DNA from: an uncultured delta proteobacterium
Lineage (GTDB): Bacteria; Myxococcota_A; Polyangia; Polyangiales; JAFGIB01
DNA: 64,000 nucleotides
Direction of reading: 5' to 3'
Assembly: GCA_963778655.1 (NCBI GenBank)
Contig: CAVZVA010000010.1
Span: forward strand, 640,001-704,000
The position numbers and the translations under genes are program-made. Below are positions 29,779 through 40,858 of this stretch, piece by piece (position 1 is the stretch's first letter; each line of letters starts with the position of its first letter). The notes beneath the pieces are model-generated. The model was not told where the DNA came from. It was given only the letters and a program-made list of their open reading frames with translations, and did not search any database.

Positions 29779-32178
29779 GTGAGTCAAGCGCCGGCCAGGG
29801 TCGAGGTCGCAGCGCGTATCGCTCAGCTCGAAGCCGAGCTCGCGTCCGCCCGCGCCAAGCTCGCGCAGAGCGAGCAGCGACGCGCGCAGGCAACGCAACC
29901 CGCGCCGGCCGCGCCGCGGCGGTTGGCGATGAGCGAGCTGCTGCTGCGGCAAGCCGAGCACATCGCAGGACTGGGCGTGTGGTCCTGGGACCCCGCAAGC
30001 GACCAGGTGCAGTGGTCCGACGGGATGTACGCGCTGTTCGGGGTGCCGCTGCACGTCACGCCCACGGCCGAGCTCTACTTCTCGAGCATCCACCCCGATG
30101 ACCGCGAGCGCGTGCGGCGCGGCGCGACGATCACGCTCGGGAGCGACAAGCCGGCCAACGCGGACTACCGGCTGCTGCGGGCCGACGGCAGCGTGCGTCA
30201 CGTCACGATGCGGGTGGAGCCGATGCGCAGCCCCGACGGACCGGTGGTCGCGTTCATCGGCACCGTGCTCGACATCTCCGAACGCGTGCAGACGGAGCTC
30301 GCGCTGCGCGAGAGCGAGGCGCGCTGGCGCTCGATCGCGATCAACCCGTTCCATTTCGTGTCGATCGTCGATCGCCAGGGCGTGTTCCAGTGGGTCAACT
30401 ACGCCACTCCGCCGCTGCACGAGAAGGATCTCGTGGGCAAGGCGAGCGTGTTCGACTTCCTGCGCGCCGAGGACCACGCGGCCGCGCGTGCGGCCCTCGC
30501 CCGCGCCTTCGAACAGCAGGCTCCCGCGTACTACGACGCGTACTCGCCGTTCTTCGAGCGCTGGTACTCGACCGCCGTCGGACCGCTGGTGCGCGACGGC
30601 ACGGTGGTCGCGGCCTCCACTCACTCGCGTGACATCACCGATGCCAAGCGGGCGGAGGTCGAGCTGCGAAAGCGCGAGCGCATGCTGGCCGAGGCGCAGC
30701 GCATCGCCGGGGTCGGCAGCTGGGTCTGGGACAAGGCCAGCGGCAAGCTGCAGTGGTCCGACGAGATGTATCGCATCTGCGGCGTGGCACCCGAGGTGGA
30801 GCCGACCGACGCGCTGTACTACTCGCTCGTGCATCCAGACGATCGCGAGCGAGCGCGCGCGGCGGCGGCTCGTGCCCTCCAGACGCGAGTCTCAAACGCT
30901 CGGGAGCACCGGATCCTGCGTGCTTCCGATCAGAGCGTGCGCCACGTTCTGGTCGCCAGCGAGGTCACCACCGGCGACGATGGCGAGATCACCGGCTCTC
31001 TAGGCACCACGCTGGACGTGACCGAGCGCCGCACGCTGGAAGCCCAGCTCCTGCACAGCATGAAGCTCGAGGCCGTGGGCAGACTGGCCGGCGGCGTCGC
31101 CCACGACTTCAACAACGTGCTCACGGTGATCATGGGCAACGTGTCCGTGGTCGAGAGGGCATTGGGCGAACGCTCGGAGAGCCGCGAGCACCTGCAGGAG
31201 ATCCGCGCGGCCGCGCAGCGCGCCTCCGGGCTCACGCGCCAGCTGTTGGCCTTCGCCCGCAAGCAGATCATCGCGCCCGAGGCGCTCAGTCCCAACGCGA
31301 TCATCGAGAATCTGGTGCGCCTGCTCCGACCCGTGCTCGGGGAGGACATCCAGCTGAGCTTGCAGCTGGCCGGCGACGTCTGGCCGGTGCTGATCGATCG
31401 GGGACAGTTCGAGCAGCTGCTGCTGAACCTGGCGGTAAACGCGCGCGACGCGATGCCGCGCGGCGGCGCGCTTTCGATCGAGACCCGCAACGCGCAGGCG
31501 CATGAGCGCAGGCTGCACCCCGAGCTCGAGCCGGGCTCCTACGTCTGCGTGCAGGTCCGCGACACCGGCCACGGCATCCCCAGGGAGCTCCTGCAACAGG
31601 TGTTCGAGCCGTTCTTCACCACCAAAGGCGCGGGCCAGGGCACGGGTCTAGGGCTGGCGCAATGCCACGGAATCGTGAAGCAGCACGGCGGCCACATCTG
31701 GGTGACGAGCGAGCCGGGCGCCGGGGCCACCTTCACTATTCATCTGCCCCGAGCGCAGAGCGCGCCCAAGCCGGCCCTGGCGAGCAGCGAGCCGCCCGCC
31801 CGCCGCCACGGCTCGGAGACCGTGCTGCTGGTCGAGGACGAGGCGATGGTGCGCAAGCTGTGCGTCGACGCGCTGGGCGAGCTCGGCTATCAGGTGTTGC
31901 CGGCCGGCAGCGCCGCGGAGGCGCTGCGCGTCGCGGCCGACCACAGCGGCCCGATCGACTTGCTGCTGACCGACCTGGTGCTGCCCGACCAGCGCGGCAA
32001 CGAGGTCGCTGCAGCGCTCGCGGCCCGCTCTCCTTCGCCGCGCGTGCTGTACATGTCGGGTTACGCCGAGGGCTCGATCGCCCAGGCCGGCGTGCTCCAG
32101 GCCGGCGCCCGCTTCCTGCACAAGCCGTACACCCTGCAGGCGCTGGCGGCCGCGGTGCGCAAGGCGCTCGACGAATAA
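29779..32178 (+). CDS. Cytoplasmic multi-PAS hybrid sensor kinase/response regulator
   Basis: Three PAS/PAC segments (GVWSWD..HPDD), GGVAHDFNN, NARDAM, GTGLGL and C-terminal receiver LLVEDE..LLTD. Confidence 0.92.
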   Translation: MSQAPARVEVAARIAQLEAELASARAKLAQSEQRRAQATQPAPAAPRRLAMSELLLRQAEHIAGLGVWSWDPASDQVQWSDGMYALFGVPLHVTPTAELYFSSIHPDDRERVRRGATITLGSDKPANADYRLLRADGSVRHVTMRVEPMRSPDGPVVAFIGTVLDISERVQTELALRESEARWRSIAINPFHFVSIVDRQGVFQWVNYATPPLHEKDLVGKASVFDFLRAEDHAAARAALARAFEQQAPAYYDAYSPFFERWYSTAVGPLVRDGTVVAASTHSRDITDAKRAEVELRKRERMLAEAQRIAGVGSWVWDKASGKLQWSDEMYRICGVAPEVEPTDALYYSLVHPDDRERARAAAARALQTRVSNAREHRILRASDQSVRHVLVASEVTTGDDGEITGSLGTTLDVTERRTLEAQLLHSMKLEAVGRLAGGVAHDFNNVLTVIMGNVSVVERALGERSESREHLQEIRAAAQRASGLTRQLLAFARKQIIAPEALSPNAIIENLVRLLRPVLGEDIQLSLQLAGDVWPVLIDRGQFEQLLLNLAVNARDAMPRGGALSIETRNAQAHERRLHPELEPGSYVCVQVRDTGHGIPRELLQQVFEPFFTTKGAGQGTGLGLAQCHGIVKQHGGHIWVTSEPGAGATFTIHLPRAQSAPKPALASSEPPARRHGSETVLLVEDEAMVRKLCVDALGELGYQVLPAGSAAEALRVAADHSGPIDLLLTDLVLPDQRGNEVAAALAARSPSPRVLYMSGYAEGSIAQAGVLQAGARFLHKPYTLQALAAAVRKALDE

Positions 32179-32189
32179 CCGCGGGGCCA

Positions 32190-32346
32190 GGACGGACGAG
32201 CACGACTGCGCGGCCTCATGTTCGTGTCCGTGTTCGTCCGCGTGTTCGTAGTCGTGCCCGTGCTCGACCCGTGCTGTCCGGTCTGCTCCTCGGCGACAGG
32301 TCCAAGGACGCGCACGACTGTGACTGTGGCCACGGCTATGACTACG
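32190..32346. repeat. Degenerate hexamer (GTCGTG/CACGAC-like) intergenic repeat with inverted arms
   Basis: ttcgtgtccgtgttcgtccgcgtgttcgtagtcgtgcccgtg followed by cacgactgtgactgtggccacggctatgactacg. Confidence 0.5.
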
Positions 32347-32376
32347 CGCTGCGGGAGGGGCGCGTCGTCCTTCCGG

Positions 32377-33651
<1,275 letters not shown>

Positions 33652-33797
33652 CGACGCCTCCTGCTCGCCCCTCGCGCCCACGGTCGGGCCGTGGCTCCAC
33701 AGTACACCGGGCAGCTGCCCGCTGCTTGCAATCGACACGGCCGGTTGCCATTGTGTTTCCCCGCCTCGCCGGCACCCAGCGAGCCAAGGAGCATGTC

Positions 33798-34460
33798 ATG
33801 ACCGAACAAACTCAAGCGTCCGAGCAGAGACCCCGGCTGGAGCTCAACGGACCCGCTCCGGATTTCACCGCCAACACCACGCACGGCCCGCTCACCCTCT
33901 CCAAGTGGGCGGCGGGCAAGTGGGTCATCTTGTTCTCGCACCCGGCCGATTTTACGCCGGTGTGCACCACCGAGTTCATCGAGTTCGCCAAGCGCGCCGG
34001 CGACTTCGAGAAGAAGGGCGTCAAGCTGATCGGCAATTCGATCGACAGCGTGTACAGCCACATCGCCTGGACCCGAAATATCGAGCAGCACTTCGGCGTC
34101 GAGATCCCGTTCCCGGTGATCGCCGACCTCGACATGCGCGTGTCGCAGCTCTACGGCATGCTGCACCAAGCCAGCTCGGCGACGGCCACCGTGCGCTGCG
34201 TGTTCTTCATCGACCCGAAGATGACGCTGCGCGCGATGATCTACTACCCGCTCAACGTGGGCCGCAATTTCGACGAGGTCACGCGCGTGATCGACGCGCT
34301 GCAAACCGTCGACAAGAACGGCGTCGCCTGCCCCGCCAACTGGCGCCCGGGCGAAGACGTAATCGTGCCACCGCCGGTGACCTCCAGCGCCGCCAAGGAA
34401 CGGGTCGCCGACAAATCGCTCAAGGTCACCGACTGGTACTTCTCCAAGAAGAAGTTGTGA
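33798..34460 (+). CDS. Peroxiredoxin (Prx6 subfamily)
   Basis: FSHPADFTPVCTTE, YYPLNVGRN and CPANWRPG; AAGGAG RBS. Confidence 0.94.
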   Translation: MTEQTQASEQRPRLELNGPAPDFTANTTHGPLTLSKWAAGKWVILFSHPADFTPVCTTEFIEFAKRAGDFEKKGVKLIGNSIDSVYSHIAWTRNIEQHFGVEIPFPVIADLDMRVSQLYGMLHQASSATATVRCVFFIDPKMTLRAMIYYPLNVGRNFDEVTRVIDALQTVDKNGVACPANWRPGEDVIVPPPVTSSAAKERVADKSLKVTDWYFSKKKL

Positions 34461-34498
34461 GAGAGGCGAAAGCGCGGTCAGCGCCTCATTCTGAGATC

Positions 34499-34550
34499 AA
34501 CAGGAAGACAGAAAGGAGAACCCTCGCTCAGATCTTCTCGTCTTCCTGTT
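34499..34550. repeat. Inverted repeat (REP-like or terminator) between convergent genes
   Basis: AACAGGAAGAC ... GTCTTCCTGTT, perfect 11-bp arms. Confidence 0.55.
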
Positions 34551-34622
34551 TCCTGCCCCGGTACGCGGGCGTGTGCAGCGCCGCAAGCGACCGCACGAAT
34601 TGCAGGCGCGGGCTCATGGCGC

Positions 34623-35291
34623 TCAGAACATCTGGAGCAGCGCGTCCGGGTCGCTGAGGTCGGCCACCACGCGGCTGGCGCCGGCCGCGCGCAGCTCGTC
34701 CATCGAATGGCCTCCGGTAGCCACGGCCAGGCACGCGCAGCCGTTGGCACGGGCGCACTCCACGTCGCGCGGCGTGTCGCCGATCACGATCGCGTCCTCG
34801 GGCGGGATGCGGCGCGGCGAGCGCCCGAGCGCCAGCCGCACCAGCCCGGCGCGCGTGGGCGCCTCGTCGCCGAACGCGCCCAGCGCGAAGGCCTCGTGGC
34901 GCAACCCCACCGACTGCAGCTTGATCGGCGCCGCGCGGCGGTAGTTGCCGGTGACCAGCCCGATCACCACGTCGCTGCGCGCGGCGAGCAGCGACAGCAG
35001 CGCGCGCACCCCGGGCAGCGCCTGCGGCTTGCGCTCGGCCGCCGCCAGCTCCGCTTGTAGCTCCAGCAGGTAGCGCTCGCGAAACGCGTCGTGCAGACGC
35101 TCGGGATCCTCGAGCCCCATATTGCGCGCCGCGCCGGCGTAGATCAGCGGGTCGAGCCCGCCGCTGATCAGCACGCCCCGCAAGCTGAATGCCTCGCCGC
35201 AGACGGCCTTGCCCGCGCGCGTCATCGCGCGCGAGCCCGCGCCGTGCCCGATGAGCAACGTACCGTCGATGTCGAAAAGCAGGAGCTTCAC
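34623..35291 (-). CDS. HAD-superfamily hydrolase (phosphatase)
   Basis: LFDIDGTL, LVTGN and IGDTPRD. Confidence 0.9.
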   Translation of the reverse strand: MKLLLFDIDGTLLIGHGAGSRAMTRAGKAVCGEAFSLRGVLISGGLDPLIYAGAARNMGLEDPERLHDAFRERYLLELQAELAAAERKPQALPGVRALLSLLAARSDVVIGLVTGNYRRAAPIKLQSVGLRHEAFALGAFGDEAPTRAGLVRLALGRSPRRIPPEDAIVIGDTPRDVECARANGCACLAVATGGHSMDELRAAGASRVVADLSDPDALLQMF

Positions 35292-35396
35292 GCGCGGGCC
35301 GGGCCTCGTCGGTGTGCGCGGCGCATCGTAGCACGCGAGCCGGCATGGGCTGGCGCAACCGGCGGGCCTGCGGGCGCGCGCTAAACTTAGACTAGA

Positions 35397-36041
35397 CTAG
35401 CTCTGGCCCAGCAGGGCGTCGTGCAAGCGGCGCGCGGCGGCGCGCGGATCATCCGCGCCGCATAACGCGGAGATCGCCGCCCCCATGGCCGCGCCGCTGG
35501 CTGCGATCTCGGCGGCGTTATCCGGGCCGATGCCGCCGATCGCGACCACGGGCAAGGCAATCTCGGCGCACGCCGCGCGCAGCCCCGCCAGGCCCACCAC
35601 CGGGTCGGGGTCGCGCTTGCTGCGCGTGGCGAACACCGGGCCGAAGCCGATCAGGTCCGCGCCGGCCTCGCCTGCGGCGCGGGCCTGCGCGAGGTCGTGG
35701 GTGGACAGGCCGATCGCGACCTCGGCGCCGAGCTGGGCGCGAGCCTGCGGCAGCGGGGTATCGCCCTGGCCGAGGTGCAGCCCGTCGGCGCCCACACGCA
35801 GCGCCAGCTCGACGTAATCGTTGATCACGAAGGCGGTCCCAGCCTGCCGGCACAGCGCGCGAAGCTGCAGCGCCAGGCTTTCCCGCACCCGCGCGTCGCC
35901 GCGCTTGTCTCTGAGCTGCAGCACGGCGCAACCGCCTTCGAGGATGGCCCCGGCGACCGCCAGCGCATCGCGACCGCGGCAAGCCGCCGGATCCACGATG
36001 GCGTAGAGCCCGCGCCAGGCGCGCATCGCCGTGCTGCCCAC
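35397..36041 (-). CDS. thiE: Thiamine-phosphate synthase
   Basis: QLRDK, INDY, GLHLGQGD, GLSTH, GPVFATRSK and VAIGGI. Start may be the ATG at 36026. Confidence 0.93.
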   Translation of the reverse strand: MGSTAMRAWRGLYAIVDPAACRGRDALAVAGAILEGGCAVLQLRDKRGDARVRESLALQLRALCRQAGTAFVINDYVELALRVGADGLHLGQGDTPLPQARAQLGAEVAIGLSTHDLAQARAAGEAGADLIGFGPVFATRSKRDPDPVVGLAGLRAACAEIALPVVAIGGIGPDNAAEIAASGAAMGAAISALCGADDPRAAARRLHDALLGQS

Positions 36042-36068
36042 GCCCGAGCTGTACTACGCTCGGCCGCC

Positions 36069-38036
36069 ATGTCGAGCGGAGCCCGCACGGACGCCCCGCC
36101 TGCACGCCTGGCCCGCGCGGGCGTGGCAGCTGCAATGCTGGGCTTCGCGCTGCTCACCGCCTGGCTCGCGCTAGCGCGCTATGGCGCGGTGCACAACCGC
36201 ACCTTCGACCTCGCGCTGTACGCGCGCACGGCCTGGGGCCTCGTGCACATGGAGGCGTGGGACCCGATCGTGGGCGGCAACTTCCTGGGCGGGCACGTGC
36301 CGCTGGTCTTGCTGCCGCTGGGCGCGCTCGGCGCACTGCTGGGCACGGTGCCGGTACTGCTCGTCTGTCAGAGCGTCGCGGTCGCGCTGGTGGCCGTACC
36401 GATCGCGCGCTTCGGGGCGCGGCGGCTGGGCGCCACGGGCGGGCTGGTGGGTGCGCTCGCGTGGCTGCTCTACCCGAACCTCGGCCACGCCACCACTTAC
36501 GAGTTTCACCCCGGCATGCTGGGGCTGCTGCCGATGGCGCTCGCGCTCGACGCGCTCGACCGCCGCGAGCCACGCGCGCTGCTCGGCCTGTGCGCGGCCA
36601 CGGTCGCGTGCCGAGCCAGCCTCGCGTTGCAGACGCTGATGATCGGACTGCTCGCGTTGCTCGGCGGGCCCGAGTTGCGGCAGAGCGGCAAGCGCATCGC
36701 GCTCGGCTCGCTGGCGTATTTCCTACTCTGGCAGGCGGTGCTGGTGCCGCTGTTCGGCGAGGCCGCGCTGCGCTCGGCCGATCTGCACTTTGGCAAGTGG
36801 GGCGGCAGCCCGCTGGGCGTGCTGGGCGTGCTGGTGCGCCACCCGGGCGTGGTGCTGGCGCACTTCAGCGCGCCCGAGCGCCTGAGCTATCCGCTGCGCC
36901 TGCTGGCGCCGCTGTGCCTGCTGCCACTACTACGGCCGCGCTGGCTGCTGGTGGCGCTACCGCCGGTCGCGCTCAACCTGCTGAGCCAGTTCCCGACCGC
37001 GACCACGCTCGCCGAGCACTACTCGAGCTTCGCCGTGCCGCCGCTGCTGATGGGGGCGCTCGACGGGCTGCACGCGCTGCTCGCGCTACCTCGGTTCGCC
37101 AGGGAGGGCACGCGCCCTCTCGGTGCCGCCGGCAACGCCGTCGGAGCCGAGAGCCCTGAGCGATCCCACGGATTACCCGGGCCCGACCGCGGGATTCGCT
37201 CCGCCCACGACACTGCCCGCTTCAGGGCCTCGGCGTGGCGCGCGCTCGGGTTGGCCGCGCTGCTCGGCGCCGCAGTCAGCGCGAGCGTGCTCGGCGGCGG
37301 GCTGCCCTGGTCGCGCGACTTCCAGCCGGCCGAGTTTCGCCCCGATGCCTACACCCGCAGCGCGCGCAAGGTGCTCGCGCTGGTGGGCGCGGCCTCGGTG
37401 CAGGCCCCCGATCCGCTGCTGCCGCACCTGGCGGAGCGCAGGCTGGTGTGCCGCGTGCCGCCACCCGAGCGCGAGGCGGACTTCGTGGTGTTCGACATCG
37501 GCTATCGCCGCCGCTTCCTGCACAACGAGGATCTGCTGCGCACCACCGAAGAGCCGCTGCTACGCCGCTGGCTCGCGCGCGACGACCACGGCGTCGCGTT
37601 CGCCGACGATCAGCTCGTGGTGCTGCGCCGCGGCCAGCGCCCGCGCTCGGGTCTGGTCAACCGGTACTTCGTCGGCTATGCGCCGCCCGACTCGGGCGTG
37701 AGGTTGACCGACTGTCTGGCGGTGCGCGGCGCCGAGCTGCACGGCGATCTGCTCTCGCTCGAGCTGATCGCGCGCAAGCCGTGCCCGGGCGATCTCGCGA
37801 TTCACCTGGGCGCCGACCACAAGCCCAAGCGCACCGACCTGCTGTTCGACGGCGTGCTCTCGCCCGCACACCTGGCGCGCGGCGACCTGCTGCGCTCGCA
37901 GCACCGACTGAGCGACGCCGAGCGCCGCGCGATCGTGCGGCGCGGCCTCAACGTCGGCGCCCTGCGCTCGAGCGGCGCCCGCCCGCATCCCTACGATCCG
38001 ATCAGCGTCGAGGTCCCCCTGCACCTGGTCCGCTAA
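36069..38036 (+). CDS. DUF2079-family multi-pass membrane protein (GT-C glycosyltransferase-like)
   Basis: FDLALY, FLGGH, LLVCQS, YEFHP and HYS motifs with many TM helices. Confidence 0.75.
   Translation: MSSGARTDAPPARLARAGVAAAMLGFALLTAWLALARYGAVHNRTFDLALYARTAWGLVHMEAWDPIVGGNFLGGHVPLVLLPLGALGALLGTVPVLLVCQSVAVALVAVPIARFGARRLGATGGLVGALAWLLYPNLGHATTYEFHPGMLGLLPMALALDALDRREPRALLGLCAATVACRASLALQTLMIGLLALLGGPELRQSGKRIALGSLAYFLLWQAVLVPLFGEAALRSADLHFGKWGGSPLGVLGVLVRHPGVVLAHFSAPERLSYPLRLLAPLCLLPLLRPRWLLVALPPVALNLLSQFPTATTLAEHYSSFAVPPLLMGALDGLHALLALPRFAREGTRPLGAAGNAVGAESPERSHGLPGPDRGIRSAHDTARFRASAWRALGLAALLGAAVSASVLGGGLPWSRDFQPAEFRPDAYTRSARKVLALVGAASVQAPDPLLPHLAERRLVCRVPPPEREADFVVFDIGYRRRFLHNEDLLRTTEEPLLRRWLARDDHGVAFADDQLVVLRRGQRPRSGLVNRYFVGYAPPDSGVRLTDCLAVRGAELHGDLLSLELIARKPCPGDLAIHLGADHKPKRTDLLFDGVLSPAHLARGDLLRSQHRLSDAERRAIVRRGLNVGALRSSGARPHPYDPISVEVPLHLVR
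37101..37234. repeat. Structured palindromic element lying in-frame inside the DUF2079 gene
   Basis: Hairpin GAGGGC-ACGC-GCCCTC, outer arms GCCGAGAGCCCTGAGCG / CGCTTCAGGGCCTCGGC, inner arms GATCCCACGG / CCGCGGGATT. Confidence 0.5.
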
Positions 38037-38110
38037 CCCAACCCGTCCTGGTCCCAACTCATGGTCCCAAGTCGTGGTCGTAGTCGTCCGCGTAGTCGTG
38101 CCCGACTCTC
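38037..38110. repeat. Degenerate hexamer repeat related to 32190-32346
   Basis: gtcgtggtcgtagtcgtccgcgtagtcgtgcccg; shares exact CGTAGTCGTGCCCG with 32247-32260. Confidence 0.5.
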
Positions 38111-38222
38111 CTCCTCCCGCTGCCTGCACCCGCGCCAGCCTCTTTATGGCCCCGGCGTTTTTCGTTATGGTGCCTTCCGCGCCGAGGGGCGGCGCCACGT
38201 CTTCCGCACGGAGCCGACCCGC

Positions 38223-40367
38223 ATGCGCCACGCCACCACCCTGTTCGCGCTGCTGTCCTCGTTCGCGCTCGCCGCGTGTACCCACCCCCAACCCGCCGCG
38301 ACCACGACCCCTCAAGCGGCCGCGCCGCCGCGCGGGCCCGCAGAGGTCGACGCCGCGCGGCTGGTCGCGGCCGACAGCGACCGTGACAACTGGATGACCC
38401 ACGGCCGCACCTACGACGAGCAACGCTTCTCGCCGCTGCAACAGATCGACAAGTCCAACGTGCGCACGCTCGGGCTCGCCTGGTCACTCGACCTCGACAC
38501 CGACCGCGGCCAGGAGGCCACCCCGCTCGTGATCGACGGCGTGATGTACTCGACCAGCGCCTGGAGCAAGGTGCAGGCGATCGACGCGCAGAGCGGCAAG
38601 CTGCTGTGGCAATACGATCCCAAGGTGCCGGGCGAGACCGGGATCAAGGCCTGCTGCGACGTGGTCAACCGCGGCGTGGCCGCGTGGAAGGGGCGCCTCT
38701 ACCTCGGCACCCTCGACGGCCGCCTGGTCGCGCTCGACGCCCGGACCGGCAAGGAGGTCTGGTCTGTCGTCACCGTGGATCAGACCAAGAAGTACACCAT
38801 CACGGGCGCGCCGCGCATCGTGAAGGGCAAGGTACTGATCGGCAACGGCGGTGCCGAGTTCATGGTGCGCGGCTACATCTCGGCCTACGACGCCGACACC
38901 GGCAAGCTCGCGTGGCGCTTCTACACCGTGCCCGGCGATCCCAGTAAGCCGTTCGAGCAGCCCGTGCTCGAGCAGGCCGCGCAGACCTGGAAGGGAGAAT
39001 GGTGGAAGGTCGGCGGCGGCGGCACGGTCTGGGATTCGATGGCCTACGATCCCGCGCTCGACCTGCTCTACATCGGCGTCGGCAATGGCTCGCCCTGGAA
39101 CCAGCGCGTACGCAGCCCGGGCGGCGGCGACAACCTGTTTCTGTCTTCGATCGTCGCGCTGCGCCCGGACACCGGCGAGTACGTCTGGCACTACCAGACC
39201 ACGCCCGGCGAGTCGTGGGACTACACCGCGACCCAGCACATCATCCTGGCCGACCTGGTCATCGACGGGCAGCCGCGCAAGGTGCTGATGCAGGCACCCA
39301 AGAACGGCTTCTTCTACGTGCTCGACCGCGCTACCGGCAAGCTGATCTCGGCCAAGCCGTTCAGCACCGTCAACTGGGCCAGCGGGGTAGACCCGGCCAG
39401 TGGGCGGCCGATCATGAACCCGGACGCGCTGTACGGCCAGACCGGCAAGCCGTGGTTTGCGATGCCGGGACCGCTCGGCGCGCACAACTGGCAGCCGATG
39501 TCGTACAGCCAGCAGACGCACTGGGTCTACATCCCGGCCCAGGACATCCCGTTCGCGTACGCGGACGACAAGAACTTCGCCCCCAACCCGATGACCTTCA
39601 ACCTGGCGATCGACATCAGCGCCGCGGCCTTGCCCCAAGAACCCAAGGCCAAGGCGCAGGTGCTGGCGAGCGTGCGCGGCTATCTCAAGGCCTGGGACCC
39701 GGCCACCAACAAGGAAGTCTGGCGCGTGGAGCAACCCGGCGCGTGGAACGGCGGTGTGCTCTCGACCGCCGGCGGGCTGGTGTTCCAGGGCAACGCGGCC
39801 GGCTTCTTCAACGCCTACGCCGCTGACACCGGCGCGGCGCTGTGGTCGTTTGCGGCGCAGACCGGCATCATCGCGGCGCCGATCTCGTATTCCGTCGGCG
39901 GCCAGCAGTACGTGGCTGTGGTAGCCGGCTGGGGTGGCGCCTATCCGCTCACCGCCGGAGAGATCGCGCACAAGGGCTCGCTGCCGCAGAACCACAGCCG
40001 CGTGCTGGCGTTCCGCCTCGGTGGCAGCGCGCAGCTGCCGCCGCTGCCGCCGCTGCCGCCGCCGCCCAAGCCGCCCGCGCGCTTCGGCGATCCCGCGCAG
40101 GCGCCGATGGGCAAGCTGCTGTACGCCGGCTACTGCAGCGTGTGTCACGGCGAGGCCGCGGTGGCCGCAGGCGTGCTTCCCGACCTGCGCTGGTCGCCCG
40201 TGCTCCCCAAGCCCGACGCGTGGAAGCGCGTGGTGCTCGAAGGCTCGCGCGCCAAGAACGGCATGGTGAGCTTCGCGCAGGTGCTCACCCCCGAGCTCGC
40301 CGAGCTAATCCGCGCCTACGTGGTGGGCCGCGCCAACGACACCTACGCGCAGCCGCCCGCGCCCTGA
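38223..40367 (+). CDS. Quinohemoprotein (type II, PQQ + heme c) alcohol dehydrogenase, lipoprotein
   Basis: Lipobox LAAC, RFSPL, QEATP, vicinal CC (ACCDVVNRG), WDYTATQ, KNGFFY, GAHNWQP and C-terminal CSVCH. Confidence 0.93.
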   Translation: MRHATTLFALLSSFALAACTHPQPAATTTPQAAAPPRGPAEVDAARLVAADSDRDNWMTHGRTYDEQRFSPLQQIDKSNVRTLGLAWSLDLDTDRGQEATPLVIDGVMYSTSAWSKVQAIDAQSGKLLWQYDPKVPGETGIKACCDVVNRGVAAWKGRLYLGTLDGRLVALDARTGKEVWSVVTVDQTKKYTITGAPRIVKGKVLIGNGGAEFMVRGYISAYDADTGKLAWRFYTVPGDPSKPFEQPVLEQAAQTWKGEWWKVGGGGTVWDSMAYDPALDLLYIGVGNGSPWNQRVRSPGGGDNLFLSSIVALRPDTGEYVWHYQTTPGESWDYTATQHIILADLVIDGQPRKVLMQAPKNGFFYVLDRATGKLISAKPFSTVNWASGVDPASGRPIMNPDALYGQTGKPWFAMPGPLGAHNWQPMSYSQQTHWVYIPAQDIPFAYADDKNFAPNPMTFNLAIDISAAALPQEPKAKAQVLASVRGYLKAWDPATNKEVWRVEQPGAWNGGVLSTAGGLVFQGNAAGFFNAYAADTGAALWSFAAQTGIIAAPISYSVGGQQYVAVVAGWGGAYPLTAGEIAHKGSLPQNHSRVLAFRLGGSAQLPPLPPLPPPPKPPARFGDPAQAPMGKLLYAGYCSVCHGEAAVAAGVLPDLRWSPVLPKPDAWKRVVLEGSRAKNGMVSFAQVLTPELAELIRAYVVGRANDTYAQPPAP

Positions 40368-40858
40368 GCGCAGGTCCGGCGGCGTGTGTCGAAAATCAGC
40401 CGCATAGGCGACGACATACGAGACCAAGGCGTGGTGCGAGAGGTGGTTGGGGGTGCGTGCCGTAGCGCTCGAGCCGGCGTTCGCTGTCATGCTGCTGGCC
40501 GCGTGCTCCGGCGCGGACCGCCCGGGCGGGGCCGAGCGCCTTTGCGGCGGGGCTGCTGGTGCACGACCGACCCTGAGGTGCGGCGGCGTCCCACAGCGCC
40601 CGCCCCCGCCGCGCAGCCCGTCTCGTGCAATCCGGATCGGCCGCCCCGCGCGCCCGCGCGCGTCGCCGGAATAGGCCCCGGCGTGCAGCGGTTGGTTAGT
40701 GAGACGAGAGGAAGCGCCGCGCCGGGTCACCGCAGCTTGCAGGCGCGGTGATGAGCCGCGGTCTCGCGCCAGATTTCAGCATCACAGGGTTTGGGCGGCG
40801 GCGGAAGCACGCGCGGTGCGTTCTCGAGCTGTCGCTCGCAGCGAGGAGAAGTGAATCC

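Noticed and set aside
36027..36068. TPP riboswitch upstream of thiE
   Set aside because: The divergent gap is too short and has no CTGAGA-type core.
40447..40674. Short ORF with an LAAC lipobox
   Set aside because: No RBS, atypical codons and low-information sequence; at best a remnant.
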